From assembly GCF_006345805.1 (NCBI RefSeq), contig NC_043018.1, forward strand, positions 8,680,001-8,744,000: a stretch of 64,000 bases of DNA, given 5' to 3'. Origin of the DNA: Octopus sinensis (taxonomy: Eukaryota). Made by a program: the position numbers and the translations under genes. This document shows, one piece after another, positions 1 through 12,439 of the stretch. The notes below the pieces were generated by a model. The model worked only from the letters and a program-made list of their open reading frames with translations, did no database searches and had not been told where the DNA came from. Within the stretch, counting starts at the first letter, position 1. Each line of letters opens with the position of its first letter.

Positions 1-3000
1 ACCCACCAAGCCAAGTGAAATCGTAGTTGCGGCTGATGCTGGTGTCACGTAACTGGCACCTGTGCTGGTGGCACGTATAAAGCCCCTTTCAAGCATTGTG
101 CTTCACAGAAGCTAAGTAGCTGAGCTCCTTTCAAGTGTTGGGCCTGAAGGAGACAATGACCAAGACCTTTGGCACTAAGTTGTGCTTGAGAAGACGTATC
201 AAACCAAGTAAAATTGCAATCATGGCAGATACTGATGTCATGCAAATGGCATGTAAAAACACCCATTATACTCTCGGAGTGGTTGGCATTAGGAAGGGCA
301 TCCAGCCATAGAAACCATGCTAAATCTGACTGGAGCCTGGTGCAGCTTTGCAGCTTGCCAGCCGTGGTCAAACTGTCCAACCCATGCCAACATGGACAAC
401 GGATATTAAATGATGATGATGATGAACATAATGATGGGCGAAATACCTATTTCTTTACTACCCACAAGGGGCTAAACATAGATGGGACAAACAAGGTCAG
501 GCAAATGGATTAAGTCAATTACATCGACCCCAGGGCGTAACTGGTACTTAATTGTCGACCCCGAAAGGATGAAAGGCAAAGTTGACCTCAGTGGAATTTG
601 AACTCAGAGCATAATGGCAGACGAAAAACGGCTACGCATTTCGCCCGGTGTGCCAACGTTTCTGCCAGCTTGCCACCTTTGATGGGCAAAATACCATTTA
701 GCATTTTGCCTGGCGTAGTAACAATTCTGCCAGCTCGCTGCCTTAATAACAAATAATAATAATTATAATAATTAATTCTCTTTATTGGCCACAAGGGCTG
801 ACAAACATGATTAGAAAACATAAAGGGACAAAAACAGGACGAAAGGTTACAAAAGGTTTTGTCTGTTTTTCGAAAGAAAAAAGTCCGTGTAAACAAGCTT
901 TACAACAACGAAAGAATTCAACAATTTACAAAACTCCCAATAGAGGAGACGCTTCGAAAATAGGAAAAGGTATCACGTGGAAAAACCCATAAATATTAAT
1001 AATAATAATGAACTTACTGTTTACAGTTCTTAGGTGCATTATAGTTTATCGGTAAAGAGTAAAAAAGGGAACAGAAAGACAGGAATGAAAGCCGAAAGTA
1101 AATGTGTCATTCATGGGATAAAACACAAAGAGAGAGAAATGAACAGTGAAAGGACCACAAAAGGGAAAGGATACATAATTTCTGGGAAGCATGGAATTCT
1201 TGAAAGATGCTGTGTCCCGACAGGATTAACAGCTGATGCAGGGGAAGGGTTAATAAAATAACGATGTTGGTATAATTAAACGAGACTCCACTGTCTTCAT
1301 ATAGTTTTGATATCAGAGATTATTGTGTGTGTGTGTGTGTGTGTGTGTTAATCCAATCGAGCTGGTGGTGGTGGAAAGTAGAGTAGATGCAATACTGGGT
1401 CAGTAAATATGTTGTGTTGTTCACTTCCGCCCTCTCTCTCTCTGTTTGTTGTTGTGAAGACGGGGTGGGGAGAGGCTAACACCCTCCCTCCTCCTACCAT
1501 CTCTGAAGACTTCTTTCACTGTCTTATTGTGGAAGTTATATTTATCGAACACATTACAAATGATGGAGAATACGTGTGTTTGTGCGCGTGTGTACGTGAA
1601 TGGAGGAGATTAGGATGTGTGTGAATGCGAAAGCGGTGAGAAGAAAATGCATGCGCATCTATATGTGTAGATGTATATAGACGTATTATATGTATAAACA
1701 CGTGTTTACATTTTCGAGAAAGAGATTAGGAGTGAAAGGGAGAGAGAAAGAGAGAGAGAGAAGGAGAGAGAGGGAGATTCAGTGAAAGATCATTTGTGGG
1801 TGAGTGTCTGAAAGTAGTTGGTGATGGTGGTGATGGTGATGGCAGCATGCATTTGGTGTGTGAGATTGAGAGAAAGAGATATCATCAGAGAGAGAGAGAG
1901 AGAGAGAGGGTGGTGGTGGTGGTGGTGGCAGGTGGGTAGGATGGAGTTGAACCAGCATCGAGCTATGATTAGATCACCAAAAAGAAGCAATGTGTTTTGT
2001 GAAAAAAAATCAATAGATTTCCACAATTATCAATGTTGCTTCTTTATTTATCTTTTTATTTACATTATATTGAACAGTTTTTCAATTCTCTAAACTCTGG
2101 TACACATGGAGGATAATATTAATAGAAATATTAATGGTGGTGGTGGTGATAGTAGTAGTAGTGGTTGTAGTAGTAGTAGTAGTAGTAGTAGTAGGTGGTG
2201 GTGGTTGTAGTAGTAGTAGTAATAGTGGTGATGGTGAGCAATAAGATGGAATTGGTTAGAGGAAAGGGGGGGTCTATGATTAAATCTGTTCCCAGTAGAT
2301 AACTGGTGTTTGTTCCTTCTTGTTATTGCCCTGTCAGGGTGTGGAGTGGGGCTGTGGTAGGGGTGAGATAAAAAAAAAAACAACAGCAAGGTCAGTAGGT
2401 AATGGTTGGAATTGAACTCGGTTCATAAAGGGATTTAAGTAAAACCTTGCAATCTATTTTGCCCTCTTCTGCTGCTGTCCCCTAACCAGGGCCTTCAGTT
2501 CTGATGATGATGATGATGGATCATAGAAATAAACAAGATATTTGATTCTTGTATGCTAGGGAGAAACAGAAATAATTGCAACATAGGGAAGAATATGAAG
2601 AGTAGGAGAAAATAAAAAGAAGGAGAAGACCCTTGCCCCACCACCGAAAAAACCAAAAAAAAACCAAAAAGAAAACGTGATAATCAGACACTTTTACATT
2701 ACTGCAGCTTTCTTCTATCACAATCCACTAGTCACTTCAGGCCACGGTGGGGAGCTCGGAATAGAAGCCTTGCAGAAACATACACAACTCTCTTTCTTTA
2801 CCTCTGTTTCTGTACCTCTCTCTCTCTCTGTTGCTGTGTCACTCTGTCTATTTGTCTCTCTGTCTCTCACTCCCCAGTCACTCACACACTCTCACTGATA
2901 CACATACTGCTGTCATCTAGTGTGCTAAAAATAACAGCTATATCCAGCTATTAGAATTATAAATCTAAAGATAAATTTTTATTAATTCATCATCATCGTC

Positions 3001-3388
3001 ATTTGACATCCACTTTCTTTGTTAGCATGGGGTGGACAGTTTGATGGTTTGGCAGGATCCATCAAACTGCAAAGCCATCTCGAGTTCCAGTGTCAGCATT
3101 GGCAGGATTTTGATGGCTGGATGTCCTTCCTAATGCCAACCACTCTACAGAGTGCACTGGGTGCTCTTGTTTCATGCCACTGGCACTAGTGGAGCTGCTA
3201 AGTAACTTGCAAGACAAAAAAGTGAAAGAGTGAAAAGGAAAAAATTTTGACTAAATAGGGGATTAGTGTTTAAGAGGAAGAGGAGAGGTTGTTTTTTTTG
3301 CCAGGATTTGAGAGGCTAAAGCATGACGGAGGGACACGTCCAGTTGTCTTAGTATTGACGTGATGCAAGGATACCCCTCATTCTAATT

Positions 3389-4150
3389 CATCATCATCAT
3401 CATCATCGTTTAACATCCACTTTCCATGCTAGCATGGGTTGGACGATTTGACTGAGGACTGTCGAACCAGATGGCTGCTCCAGTCTGGTCTGGCAGAGTT
3501 TCTACAACTGGATGCCCTTCCTAATGCCAACCACTCCATGAGTGTAGTGGGTGCTTTTTACATGCCACCGACACAGGTGCCTGACGAGGCTGGCAACGCT
3601 CACGATCAGATGGTGCTTTTACGTGCCACCGGCACGGAGGCCTAAATAAGGTAATTTTGATTTAGATCCACCTGCTATTTTTAACATGCCGATCAACATC
3701 AGTGGAAGTTGCAGCTGTGGTTAAGCGAACCATCCGATCATGGCCGTTGCCGGCGCCGCCCTGTCTGGTCTCCGTGCCGGTGGCACGTAAAAGCACCATC
3801 CGCTCGCGTCCGTTGCCAGCCTCGCCTGGCCCCCGTGCCGGTGGCACGTAAAAGCACCATCCATTCGTGTCCATTGCCAGCCTCGCCTGGCCCCTGTGCC
3901 GGTGGCACGTAAAAGCACCATCTGTTCGTGGCCGTTGGCCAGCTCCGTCTGGCACCTGTGCGGGTGGCACGTAAAAGCACCCACTACACTCACGGAGTGG
4001 TTGGCGTTAGGAAGGGCATCCAGCCGTAGAAACACTGCCAGATCTGACTGGGCCTGATGCAGCCTTCCAGCTTCACAGACCCCAGTTGAACCGTCCAACC
4101 CATGCTAGCATGGAAAACGGACGCTAAATGATGATGATGATGATGATGAT
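3389..4150. mobile_element. Inverted pair of (GAT)n-tailed retroposon copies with internal ~60-bp tandem units
   Basis: 3389-3643 and 3730-4150 are reverse complements; more than 20 copies in the window (e.g. 1-424, 12490-12889, 22948-23500, 24141-24378, 42736-43040). Confidence 0.75.
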
Positions 4151-4567
4151 GGGTGATACAGTGTGTGTGTGTGTGTTGCTGTTGTTTTACTGTTCTTTCT
4201 ATGGGTTGAGGTGAGAAGTTAGATTGTTACAAGACGTAGAAAAAAATAGGTGGGTGGTATAAAAATAACCTTCTTGGATGTAGCCTACATCAAGCATGTC
4301 CGGTGTAGAGTTTCTATGGGTCGCTTTGCTCACATGTTGCCAGGGTATGACCATATGTTTTTGTGATTTTCCATGTTCCAAACCTTCTCAGTTTTAAATT
4401 GTGAAACAAATGAGACAGTGCATTGAATGATGTGCACTAAATGCACACATGCAGCATTCAGTTGCAGAAGTTGAAAGCTGTGTTATAATACAAGTGCAAA
4501 GTTACCAGATCTACAACAACTAAACGGTGGTCATAATTTTAAATTTTATCATATTAAATCTTTATTA

Positions 4568-4903
4568 TTAACCCTTTAGGGTTTAAACCGGCCAAACCTG
4601 GCCAAAATATTCTACCTGTTTTATGTTCAAACAACTGGTCATATTTGGCCTCTTGCACCAACCCTACAATGTCATTCTGATACTTATGTTACCTCATCAA
4701 ATTTTCAAAGCTCCAAGATAATGCATGGTTAATTCAAAAGAGTGACTGTATGGTAAGTAGCTTGTTTACCAACCACATGGTTCCGGGTTCAGTCCCACTG
4801 CGTAGCACCTTGGGCAAGTGTCTTCTACTATAGCCTCGGGCCGACCAAAGCCTTGTGAGTGGATTTGGTAGACGGAAACTGAAAGAAGCCTGTCGTATAT
4901 ATG

Positions 4904-4940
<37 letters not shown>

Positions 4941-5160
4941 ATATGTTTGTGTGTCTGTGTTTGTCCCTCCAACATCATTATATAACCAATGGTGGTGTGT
5001 TTATGTCACTGTAACTTAGTGGTTCGGCAGTCCTGGGGTTGATTTGCTCAACTAAGGGCGGTGCTCCAGCATGGCCTCAGTCAAATGAGTGAAACAAGTA
5101 AGAGAGTAAAAGAGCAATGGGAATAAATTTGACAGAATAATGTGAATGCTAAAGGGTTAA
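4568..5160 (+). mobile_element. piggyBac-like MITE family B with nested SINE (about 4742-5115)
   Basis: ttaaccctttag ... ctaaagggttaa; related copies near 11760-12160, 26885-27100, 44258-44488, 44820-45020, 45511-46147. Confidence 0.7.
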
Positions 5161-6369
5161 GCAAAAATCTTTTAAAAACCTTTTATTTGCTCATCAATAA
5201 TCCTAATTTTATTAATTAAATGATGATGATGATAAATTATTATTGTTTTTATGATTAAAAAAAATTTTGAGTTCCCAATTTTTAAACCTCTACCTACGAC
5301 ATCCATGGGTAGCACTTGTGTTTGAAAAGGGCTGCATGCGGTCTGTGGGCTTCTTGTTTGACATGCCTAGCCTACGTCATGTGCAAAGATACTTTAGTGT
5401 GGGGGCACTATTGACATAGTAAACTTCCTCCACTACTTGCATGCACATATATTCTTTTCGGATTTTTTCCTTTTGATAGCCAGATTTCAACACAATTCCC
5501 ATGCAACTAAACACTTTTAAACTTCGTATACTGGTAGAATGTGTTTATAAAACATCATTTTTTCTTGGCTTTATTGAGAAAATTCTATAGTTTGTAAGAT
5601 ATTTCGTCTGAAAATCTGAGCATTTTGGCAATTTTAACCAATCGATTACCTCCATTTAGGTAAACAACATTTGCTGCGTCTAAAACTGAGACAACATCCT
5701 GTAACTAACCCTAACCCTAATTTTTTTTTTCTTGATTGTTAAATTAATTTAATTGTTGCACGTGTAAAAAAAAGCAATGGAAAGTGATTTAAACAATTAA
5801 CAATCAAAATAATTCTATAATTTTATACACACGCATTCCCTCTTTTCTACTCTAGGCACAAGGACCAAAATTTTTGGGGAGGGGGCTGGTTGATTAGATC
5901 AACCTCAGTACTCAACTGGTACTTTATTTATTGACCCCGAAAGGATGAAAGGCAAAGTCGATCTTGGCGGAATTTGAACTCAGAACGTAAAGACAGACGG
6001 AATACTGCTAAGCATTTTGCCTGGCGTGAAAAGAAATTATCTTTATTCTCTTCCTCCAAGTGAAGCGGTCGTTTTTGTCATAGACATGAATATTTAAATC
6101 AAGTTAAAGTTATTTTATATTTACATTTTGAATATGTATTCTAAATATAATCAGATTTGACTTGTAAAATCAAAGCCTCTAGTTTGATAGGAGACATACC
6201 AGAGGTTTCTTTGGTGCAATCGATATGTCTGTCAGGATTACAGAAAATGCATGATTTGTGTCCCACACAAAGTTTTCGACCATTTTGATCAATACAGTTA
6301 ATGTCCAATATCTTTGATCAATATGCTTAGTGTTCAATATCTTGACTATTATTTATAGTTGTATTCACT

Positions 6370-6879
6370 TTAACCCTTTCAATAATGTATTTATTTTGAG
6401 ATGCTCTCTGTTTCTTTCAATTGCTTTAAATATAACAAAGAATTTAGTAAAATAATTTGGTTATCATTAAGCTAGTGTTCTTCATCATCATCATCGTTTA
6501 ACGTCCACTTTCCATGCTAGCATGGGTTGGACGATTTTGACTGAGGACTGGCGAACCAGATGGCTGCACCCAGACTCCAATCTGATCTGGCAGAGTTTCT
6601 ACAGCTGGATTCCCTTCCAACCACTCTGAGAGTGTAGTGGGTGCTTTTATGTGCCACCGGCACGAGGGCCAAATCAGGCAGTACTGGCAATGGCCACACT
6701 CAAATGGTGCTTTTTATGTGCCACCTGCACAGGAGACAGTCCAGCGGCATTGGCAACGACCACGCTTGAATAAATTGTGACTAAAGTTTCGTGGAAGATT
6801 TTAATTCAAAACTTATGAAATCAAGACATTTGTACTGAGCCAGAGCCGGTTTCAGCCGGGTCGGTAACGAAAGGGTTAA
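6370..6879 (+). mobile_element. piggyBac-like MITE family A, interrupted by a (GAT)n-tailed element
   Basis: TTAA-CCCTTTC ... GAAAGGG-TTAA ends; insert about 6483-6770. Confidence 0.75.
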
Positions 6880-7808
6880 GATATGATGTTAAAGATTTAA
6901 ATATTTTATGTCGTTTTTTTCTTTTTTCTTTCCTATTATTTTCCACCATTTGTTGATGCAGGTTTCAGTCTCTTGCAACCTCATTAGTATAGCTCATGGA
7001 TAATTAATGAAACGAAGCCTAAGTTTAGGTTTTCAGAGTTAAGTATAAATCTTATGTGTGCATGCATAAATGTGCAGGCATATATGTACACACATGCATA
7101 TAACAAATTTGAAGTACTGCCTAATGTGTAGTATGCTGCATGTCTTGTATAAACTCTTTGGAATCACCATGAAGTGATGAACAGAATTTTGTAAACCATG
7201 TAGACAAGAAGAAGAACAATGACTTCTGATGAAGTTTTTGGTTCCTCAGTTTATGACAAATCTTTCTTGTTTGGAAACAATCTTATTTTCCTCAAAGACT
7301 GCAAAATAAGGTTGAAGGGAATAATTTGGTTCCACAGGAAGAGGAAGACAAAAATATTGGTAAATTAAAGTAGTAAAATTTAGAAGTTGAAGAAGTTGGA
7401 TTTCTTATTGTTTACTTGCTTCAGTCATTGGACTGTGGCCATGCTGGGGCACCAACCTTGAAATTGATCCCAGTACTTAATTTTAAGACTGGTACTTATT
7501 TTCTCAGTTTCTTTTGCCAAATTGCTAAGCTACAGGGATGTAAACAAACCAACACCAGTTGCCAAGTGATAGAGAGGTACAAACACACACACACACATAC
7601 TCTCTCTCTCTCACACACACACATATTTTTAATGCATGTAATTCATGTATTTGCCAGTAGGCTGCGATTTGGTGTGATGGAGAATACTCTCTTAAAGTGT
7701 AGGGTGTTAAAACACCTGGAAGTCGTACCCATTGGGTATTTGTAGTTTGTTAATGTTTATTACATTGGTACTACTTCTATTTCATAGTTGTGTGTGTATA
7801 TATATATA

Positions 7809-8635
7809 GGCGCAGGAGTGGCTGTGTGATAAGTAGCTTGTCTACCAACCACATGGTTCCGGGTTCAGTCCCACTGCGTGGCACCTTGGGCAAGTGTCTT
7901 CTACTATAGCCTCGGGCCGAACAAAGCCTTGTGAGTGGATTTGGTAGACGGAAACTGAAAGAAGCCCATCGTATATATGTATATATATATATATATATGC
8001 GTGTGTGTGTTTGTGTGTCTGTGTTTGTCCTCTAGCATTGCTTGACAACCGATGCTGGTGTGTTTACGTCGCCGTCACTTAGCGGTTCGGCAAAAGAGAC
8101 CAATAGAATAAGTACTGGGCTTACAAAAGAATAAGTCCCGGGGTCGAGTTGCTCGATTAAAGGCGGTGCTCCAGCATGGCCGCAGTCAAATGACTGAAAC
8201 AAGTAAAAGAGTAAAGAGAAAGAGTATATATATACAAACTCATGTGCGTAGGAGTGGCTGTGTGGTAAAAGTTTTGCTTCCCAACCACATGATTCTGGGT
8301 TCAGTCCCACTGCATGGCTCCTTGGGCAAGTGGCTTCTACTATAACCTTGGGCCAGCCAAGGCTTTGTGAGTGGATTTGGTAGACGGAAACTGAAAACAG
8401 CCCATTGTATATGTGTGTGTCTTTGTGTCTGTTTGTCCCCACCATCACCGCTTGACAACTGCTGTTGGTGTGTTTACGTCCCCCATAATTTAGTTGTTCG
8501 GCGAAAGAGACCGATAGAATAAGTAGTAGGCTTAAAAAGTAAGTCCTGGGGTTGATTTGTTTGACTAAAACCCTTCAAAGTGGTGCTCCAGCATGGCTGC
8601 AGTCAAATGACTGAAACAAGTAAAAGAGTAAAAGA
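7809..8635 (+). mobile_element. Two tandem tRNA-derived SINEs (head ggcgcaggagtggctgtgtgg, internal TA/TG microsatellite, gtaaaaga tail)
   Basis: A/B boxes (tggctgtgtgg, gttcagtcc). Other + copies at about 4742, 10089, 22436, 33772, 47611, 62237, 62712. Confidence 0.8.
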
Positions 8636-8844
8636 ATATATCTATATGACATGTTTCTTTATTTCTGTCTATGAAATTCACTCACAAAGGTTTTGTTGAG
8701 CCAGGGTTATAGTAGAAGAAATTTCCCAGAGGTGCCGTGCAGTGAGGTTGAACCTAAAACCCTGTGGTTGAAAAACAAGCTTCTTAACACACAGCTCTGC
8801 TTGTGTTTTGAATGTTGAGATTTTAGTCATAGTAAAAATAAATT

Positions 8845-9254
8845 CTTACTCTTTACTCTTTTACTTGTTTCAGTTATTTGACTGCGGCCATGCTAGAGTA
8901 CTGCCTTTTAGTCGAGCAAATCGACCTCAGGTCTTATTCTTTGTAAGCCCAGTACTTATTCTATCGGTCTCTTTTGCTGAACCACTAAGTTACGGGGACG
9001 TAAACACACCAGCATCGGTTGTCAAGTGATGTTGTGGGGACAAACACAGACACACAAGCATATACACACATACATATATATATACATATATATGACGGGC
9101 TTTTTTCAGTTTCCATCTACCAAATCCACTCACAAGGCATTGGTCGGCCCGAGGCTATATAGAAGACACTTGCACATGGTGCCACGCAGTGGGACTGAAC
9201 CTGGAACCATGTGGTTGGTAAGCAAGCTACTTACCACACAGCTACTCCTGCGCC
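8845..9254 (-). mobile_element. tRNA-derived SINE, same family, reverse orientation
   Basis: Reverse complement of 7809-8225; other minus copies at about 20615-21016, 41790-41966, 50118-50500, 50530-50954. Confidence 0.8.
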
Positions 9255-9881
9255 TTGTATGATTTTGTTTTTCATAAAGACTTGAGGTGACTATAGTAAA
9301 ATTTTCTGTTGTGAAAATTGTAAGACTGACCTTTGTAGAATTTTAAAATTTTGGCAGAAGGACAGTATGTGTATGTTGTTTGTTAGATGTGAAGAATTGA
9401 CTGACTGCTATTGTTGCAGTGTCTGCTACAATCAGGATTCTGTCTGGGTTATTGTTGTTCTTCTCTATTGAGGGTCCCTCAGTATAGAGCTATTGGTTTC
9501 TTCGCCGATCAATAAGTATTTCTTCTTGTGTTTTCTTGTGTCTGTTCAAGAAAGATGGTGAGCTGGCGGAGCTGTTAGAGAGAATGGCAGATAGGAATGC
9601 CTTGTGGTGTTTGTTCTGGTGCTCTGTACTTTGAGTTCAAATGCTACCAAGGTCAGCTTTCCTTTTAATCTTTTTAGTGGGTCGAGAAAGGATGAGTCTA
9701 GTACTGTTGTCAATTCCTCTCTCACTCTCTCCCTCCCCATTTCTCTTTCTCTCTCTTCAAGAAATCAGATGTGTTGAGACACAGAGAAGGATGAGTTCCT
9801 CCAGGTTTTAATATCTCCAAGACTTCATCAGGAATTGAGGGCCTAAGAAAGGTTTATGAGGTAGCACAATCCCATCTAGAT

Positions 9882-10525
9882 CAGTGTCTCTCAACCATTT
9901 TTTGCCTACGGATCCCTTCGATTCCTGTTTTACTCTACTGGACTTCCATAGCCATTCGATTTATTTTTTAATTAATTGTTATTAAGAATTGCATGAAAAA
10001 ATTAAAATATTTTGTGTATTGTAGAAGTAACACCTATTTATTACACATAGATTTTAACAAATCTTTTTTCTTGCGCTTTACATTCTGAGGCGCAGGAGTG
10101 GCTGTGTGGTAAGTAGCTTGCTTACCAACCACACGGTTCCGGGTTCAGTCCCACTGTGTGCCACCTTGGGCAAGTGTCTTCTACTATAGCCTCGGGCCGA
10201 CCAAAGCCTTGTGAGTGGATTTGGTAGACGGAAACTGAAAGAAGCCTGTCGTATATATGTATATATATGTGTTTGTGTGTCTGTGTTTGCCCCCCAACAT
10301 CGCTTGACAACTGATGCTGGTGTGTTTACGTCCCCGTAACGTAGCAGTTCAGCAAACGAGACTGATAGAATAAGTACTAGGCTTACAAAGAATAAGTCCT
10401 GGGGTCGATTTGCTCGACTAAAGGCGGTGCTCCAGCATGGCCACAGTCAAATGACTGAAACAAGTATAAGAGTAAAAGAGAGAGTAAGACCCCCAAGGGC
10501 CATATGGACCCTTGTTGAACCACTG
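9882..10525. mobile_element. hAT (Charlie/Buster-like) MITE interrupted by a SINE
   Basis: Ends cagtgtctctcaac / gttgaaccactg; 8-bp flanks atctagat and atgtaggt; SINE at 10089-10485 inside. Confidence 0.55.
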
Positions 10526-10953
10526 ATGTAGGTTGTGTGACATTAAAAGTCATCATTTATAACGATAATTACTGCCAAACAAAGTGAGAGCAATCGTATT
10601 TCCATACATTTTGGCATTTTATGTCTACTAAATTTGACGTTGGTGGCAAACTGGAAGAATTGTTAGCATGTTGGACATAGCTTAGTGGTATTTTTTTCTT
10701 GCTCTTTACATTCTGAGTTCAAATCTTGCCACGGTTGATTATTACCTCATTTTATCAACCCTTGAAAGGGATGGAAGGCAATGTGATTGACTTGTCCCCT
10801 CTAGCCAAATGGCTGGCCTTGAACTCTGCAACAGATTGGTGTCCCATTTAGGAGGAATGCTGTGATCTCTGTCACTTATTTGTTATGGAAACCAGGTAAC
10901 TGGCTTTAGGAGTTATAGGGCTCAAAAAAGAAGAGAAAAAAAAAATCAAAGAA

Positions 10954-11307
10954 TCTCTCTATATATAAACAGCAAAATGTCTGTGTGTGTGTCCTTTATA
11001 CAAATCCACAATTTTTCGGTTAGAGGGCTCGCACTTTCTATGATCATTCAAAACCGTCCAAGGGTGGTCGTGCACATCTTTACATTTCCTCAGTCACCCC
11101 GCAAAGCCATTAAAAAAAATCAATAGAAGTGACATTTTTGTGAATTTTCTATCCAAAACCCAATCAAAATGCCCGAAACTTGATACACCAATTGAATGTA
11201 TGTGATTGGTCGGAGATTTGGACAGTACTCACGGGTATGTGCGCAAGCACGCAGCTGTATATGCATGCACTAGCACTATGACTGGCATTGCCAGGTCATA
11301 GTGCTAG
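10954..11307 (+). mobile_element. Non-autonomous Helitron-like element, copy 1
   Basis: 5' a|TCTCTCTATATATAA, 3' hairpin and CTAG|t, no TSD; near-identical to 47916-48285. Confidence 0.75.
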
Positions 11308-11511
11308 TTTGATATAACTGTTCCCCCGAGTGTTTTGTGATTTTCCTCATAATGCCATTCCAACTTCTTGTTTGTTGCCTCTCTGAAATATCTATTAATG
11401 TCAATATTCAAGAATTGCTTTTATTGTTTTCCTTTTTGTCTTCCCACCAGGGTCGTTGAATATATCTCAATGGTATTGTTAACCCACACTGTCAAGTCCT
11501 CAAGCTACAAC

Positions 11512-11590
11512 ATGGGTAAGAAGAATCGACTGAAATCTCACCGAGAATCGGTAGTTAATGGCTCTGAATCTTCAGAAGAAAGTTTCGTAG
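11512..11590 (+). CDS. USP16/USP45: USP16/45 coding exon 1 (MGKKNRLKSHRESVVNGSESSEESFV)
   Basis: Acceptor ttcccaccag ends 11450; ATG in ACAACATGG context; donor G|gtaagt at 11591; MGKK start like USP16. An in-frame upstream ATG exists at 11470. Confidence 0.8.
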
Positions 11591-12202
11591 GTAAGTCAGT
11601 TCAATCGTAGTTTCAATACACGTCATCTCGTTTATCACCATTTCATTCGTCACCGACGACCCAGGACAACACACGATTAACACTGAATCATGTTACGCTT
11701 ATCACAGATTGATCTGTGATAACACGGGTCAGCTATCAGTCAAAAACTTTCATTTTATTGTAAAAACATACCTCAACAACTAATCACAATACTCAGCTAT
11801 CCAAAATGCACTGACTATCGGTTGTGTTTACATGACCTTTGAAATCTCAAAGCTTCGAGATAATGCATGATTAATTCAAAATAATGTGAATAAATAAACA
11901 TTACATTTGACAGAGTAATCTGAATGCTAAAGGGATAATGATATATATGCATCAGTAATATATACATACATTAAATATTCTACTTGTTTTATGTCCAAAC
12001 TGGCTGGATCTGGTCTCTCACACCTACTCTACAATGCCATCCTAAAAATAACAACCACATCATTGAAATTTTAAAGCTTATGAGATAATGCTTGATTAGT
12101 TCCAAACAATGTGAATAAATTAGCATAACATTTGGCTGAGCAATCTGAATGCTAAAGGTTACCTCCCCCCCTCCATGATAAACAAGGCTAGATGTATTAT
12201 AC

Positions 12203-12439
12203 TACATTATTTACATTATTTACATTCGACGGATATTTGTCCTCATCTTGTTTGTTGTTAACACAATGTTTCGGCTGATATACCCTCCAGCCTTATCAGA
12301 TGTCTTAGGGAAATTTTGAACCTGGGTTCCCATTCCTAAGGTATTTTCTGATGTTATTATTATTCAGGTCACTTCTTGGAATCAAACTCGGAATCTTGGG
12401 GTTAGTAGCCCGTACTCTTAACCACTACGCCATATGCCC
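12203..12439 (-). mobile_element. tRNA-headed SINE with degenerate hammerhead motif and AATGTA-type repeat tail
   Basis: Minus strand A box TGGCGTAGTGG (12422-12432), B box GTTTGATTCC (12378-12387), hammerhead-like fold 12260-12304. Confidence 0.65.

Noticed and set aside
3730-3985. Regularly spaced gtgccggtggcacgtaaaagcacc repeats resembling a CRISPR array
   Set aside because: The spacers are similar to each other, the units are internal to a dispersed retroposon, there are no cas genes and the context is eukaryotic.
3662-4098. Recurring ORFs such as MDGSTGVWEARRLHQ...LDALPNANHS
   Set aside because: Translations of the high-copy (GAT)n-tailed retroposon; frames break differently in each copy.
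5703-5720. CCCTAA telomere-like repeats
   Set aside because: Only 2-3 units; too short for an interstitial telomere call.
7222-7285. CTGATGA ... GAAAC on the plus strand
   Set aside because: No credible stem I or stem II pairing, so not called a hammerhead.
7842-8448. Recurring ORFs ...DGLLSVSVYQIHSQGFGRPEAIVEDTCPRCHAVGLNPEPCGW
   Set aside because: Antisense translation of a tRNA-derived SINE, not a gene family.
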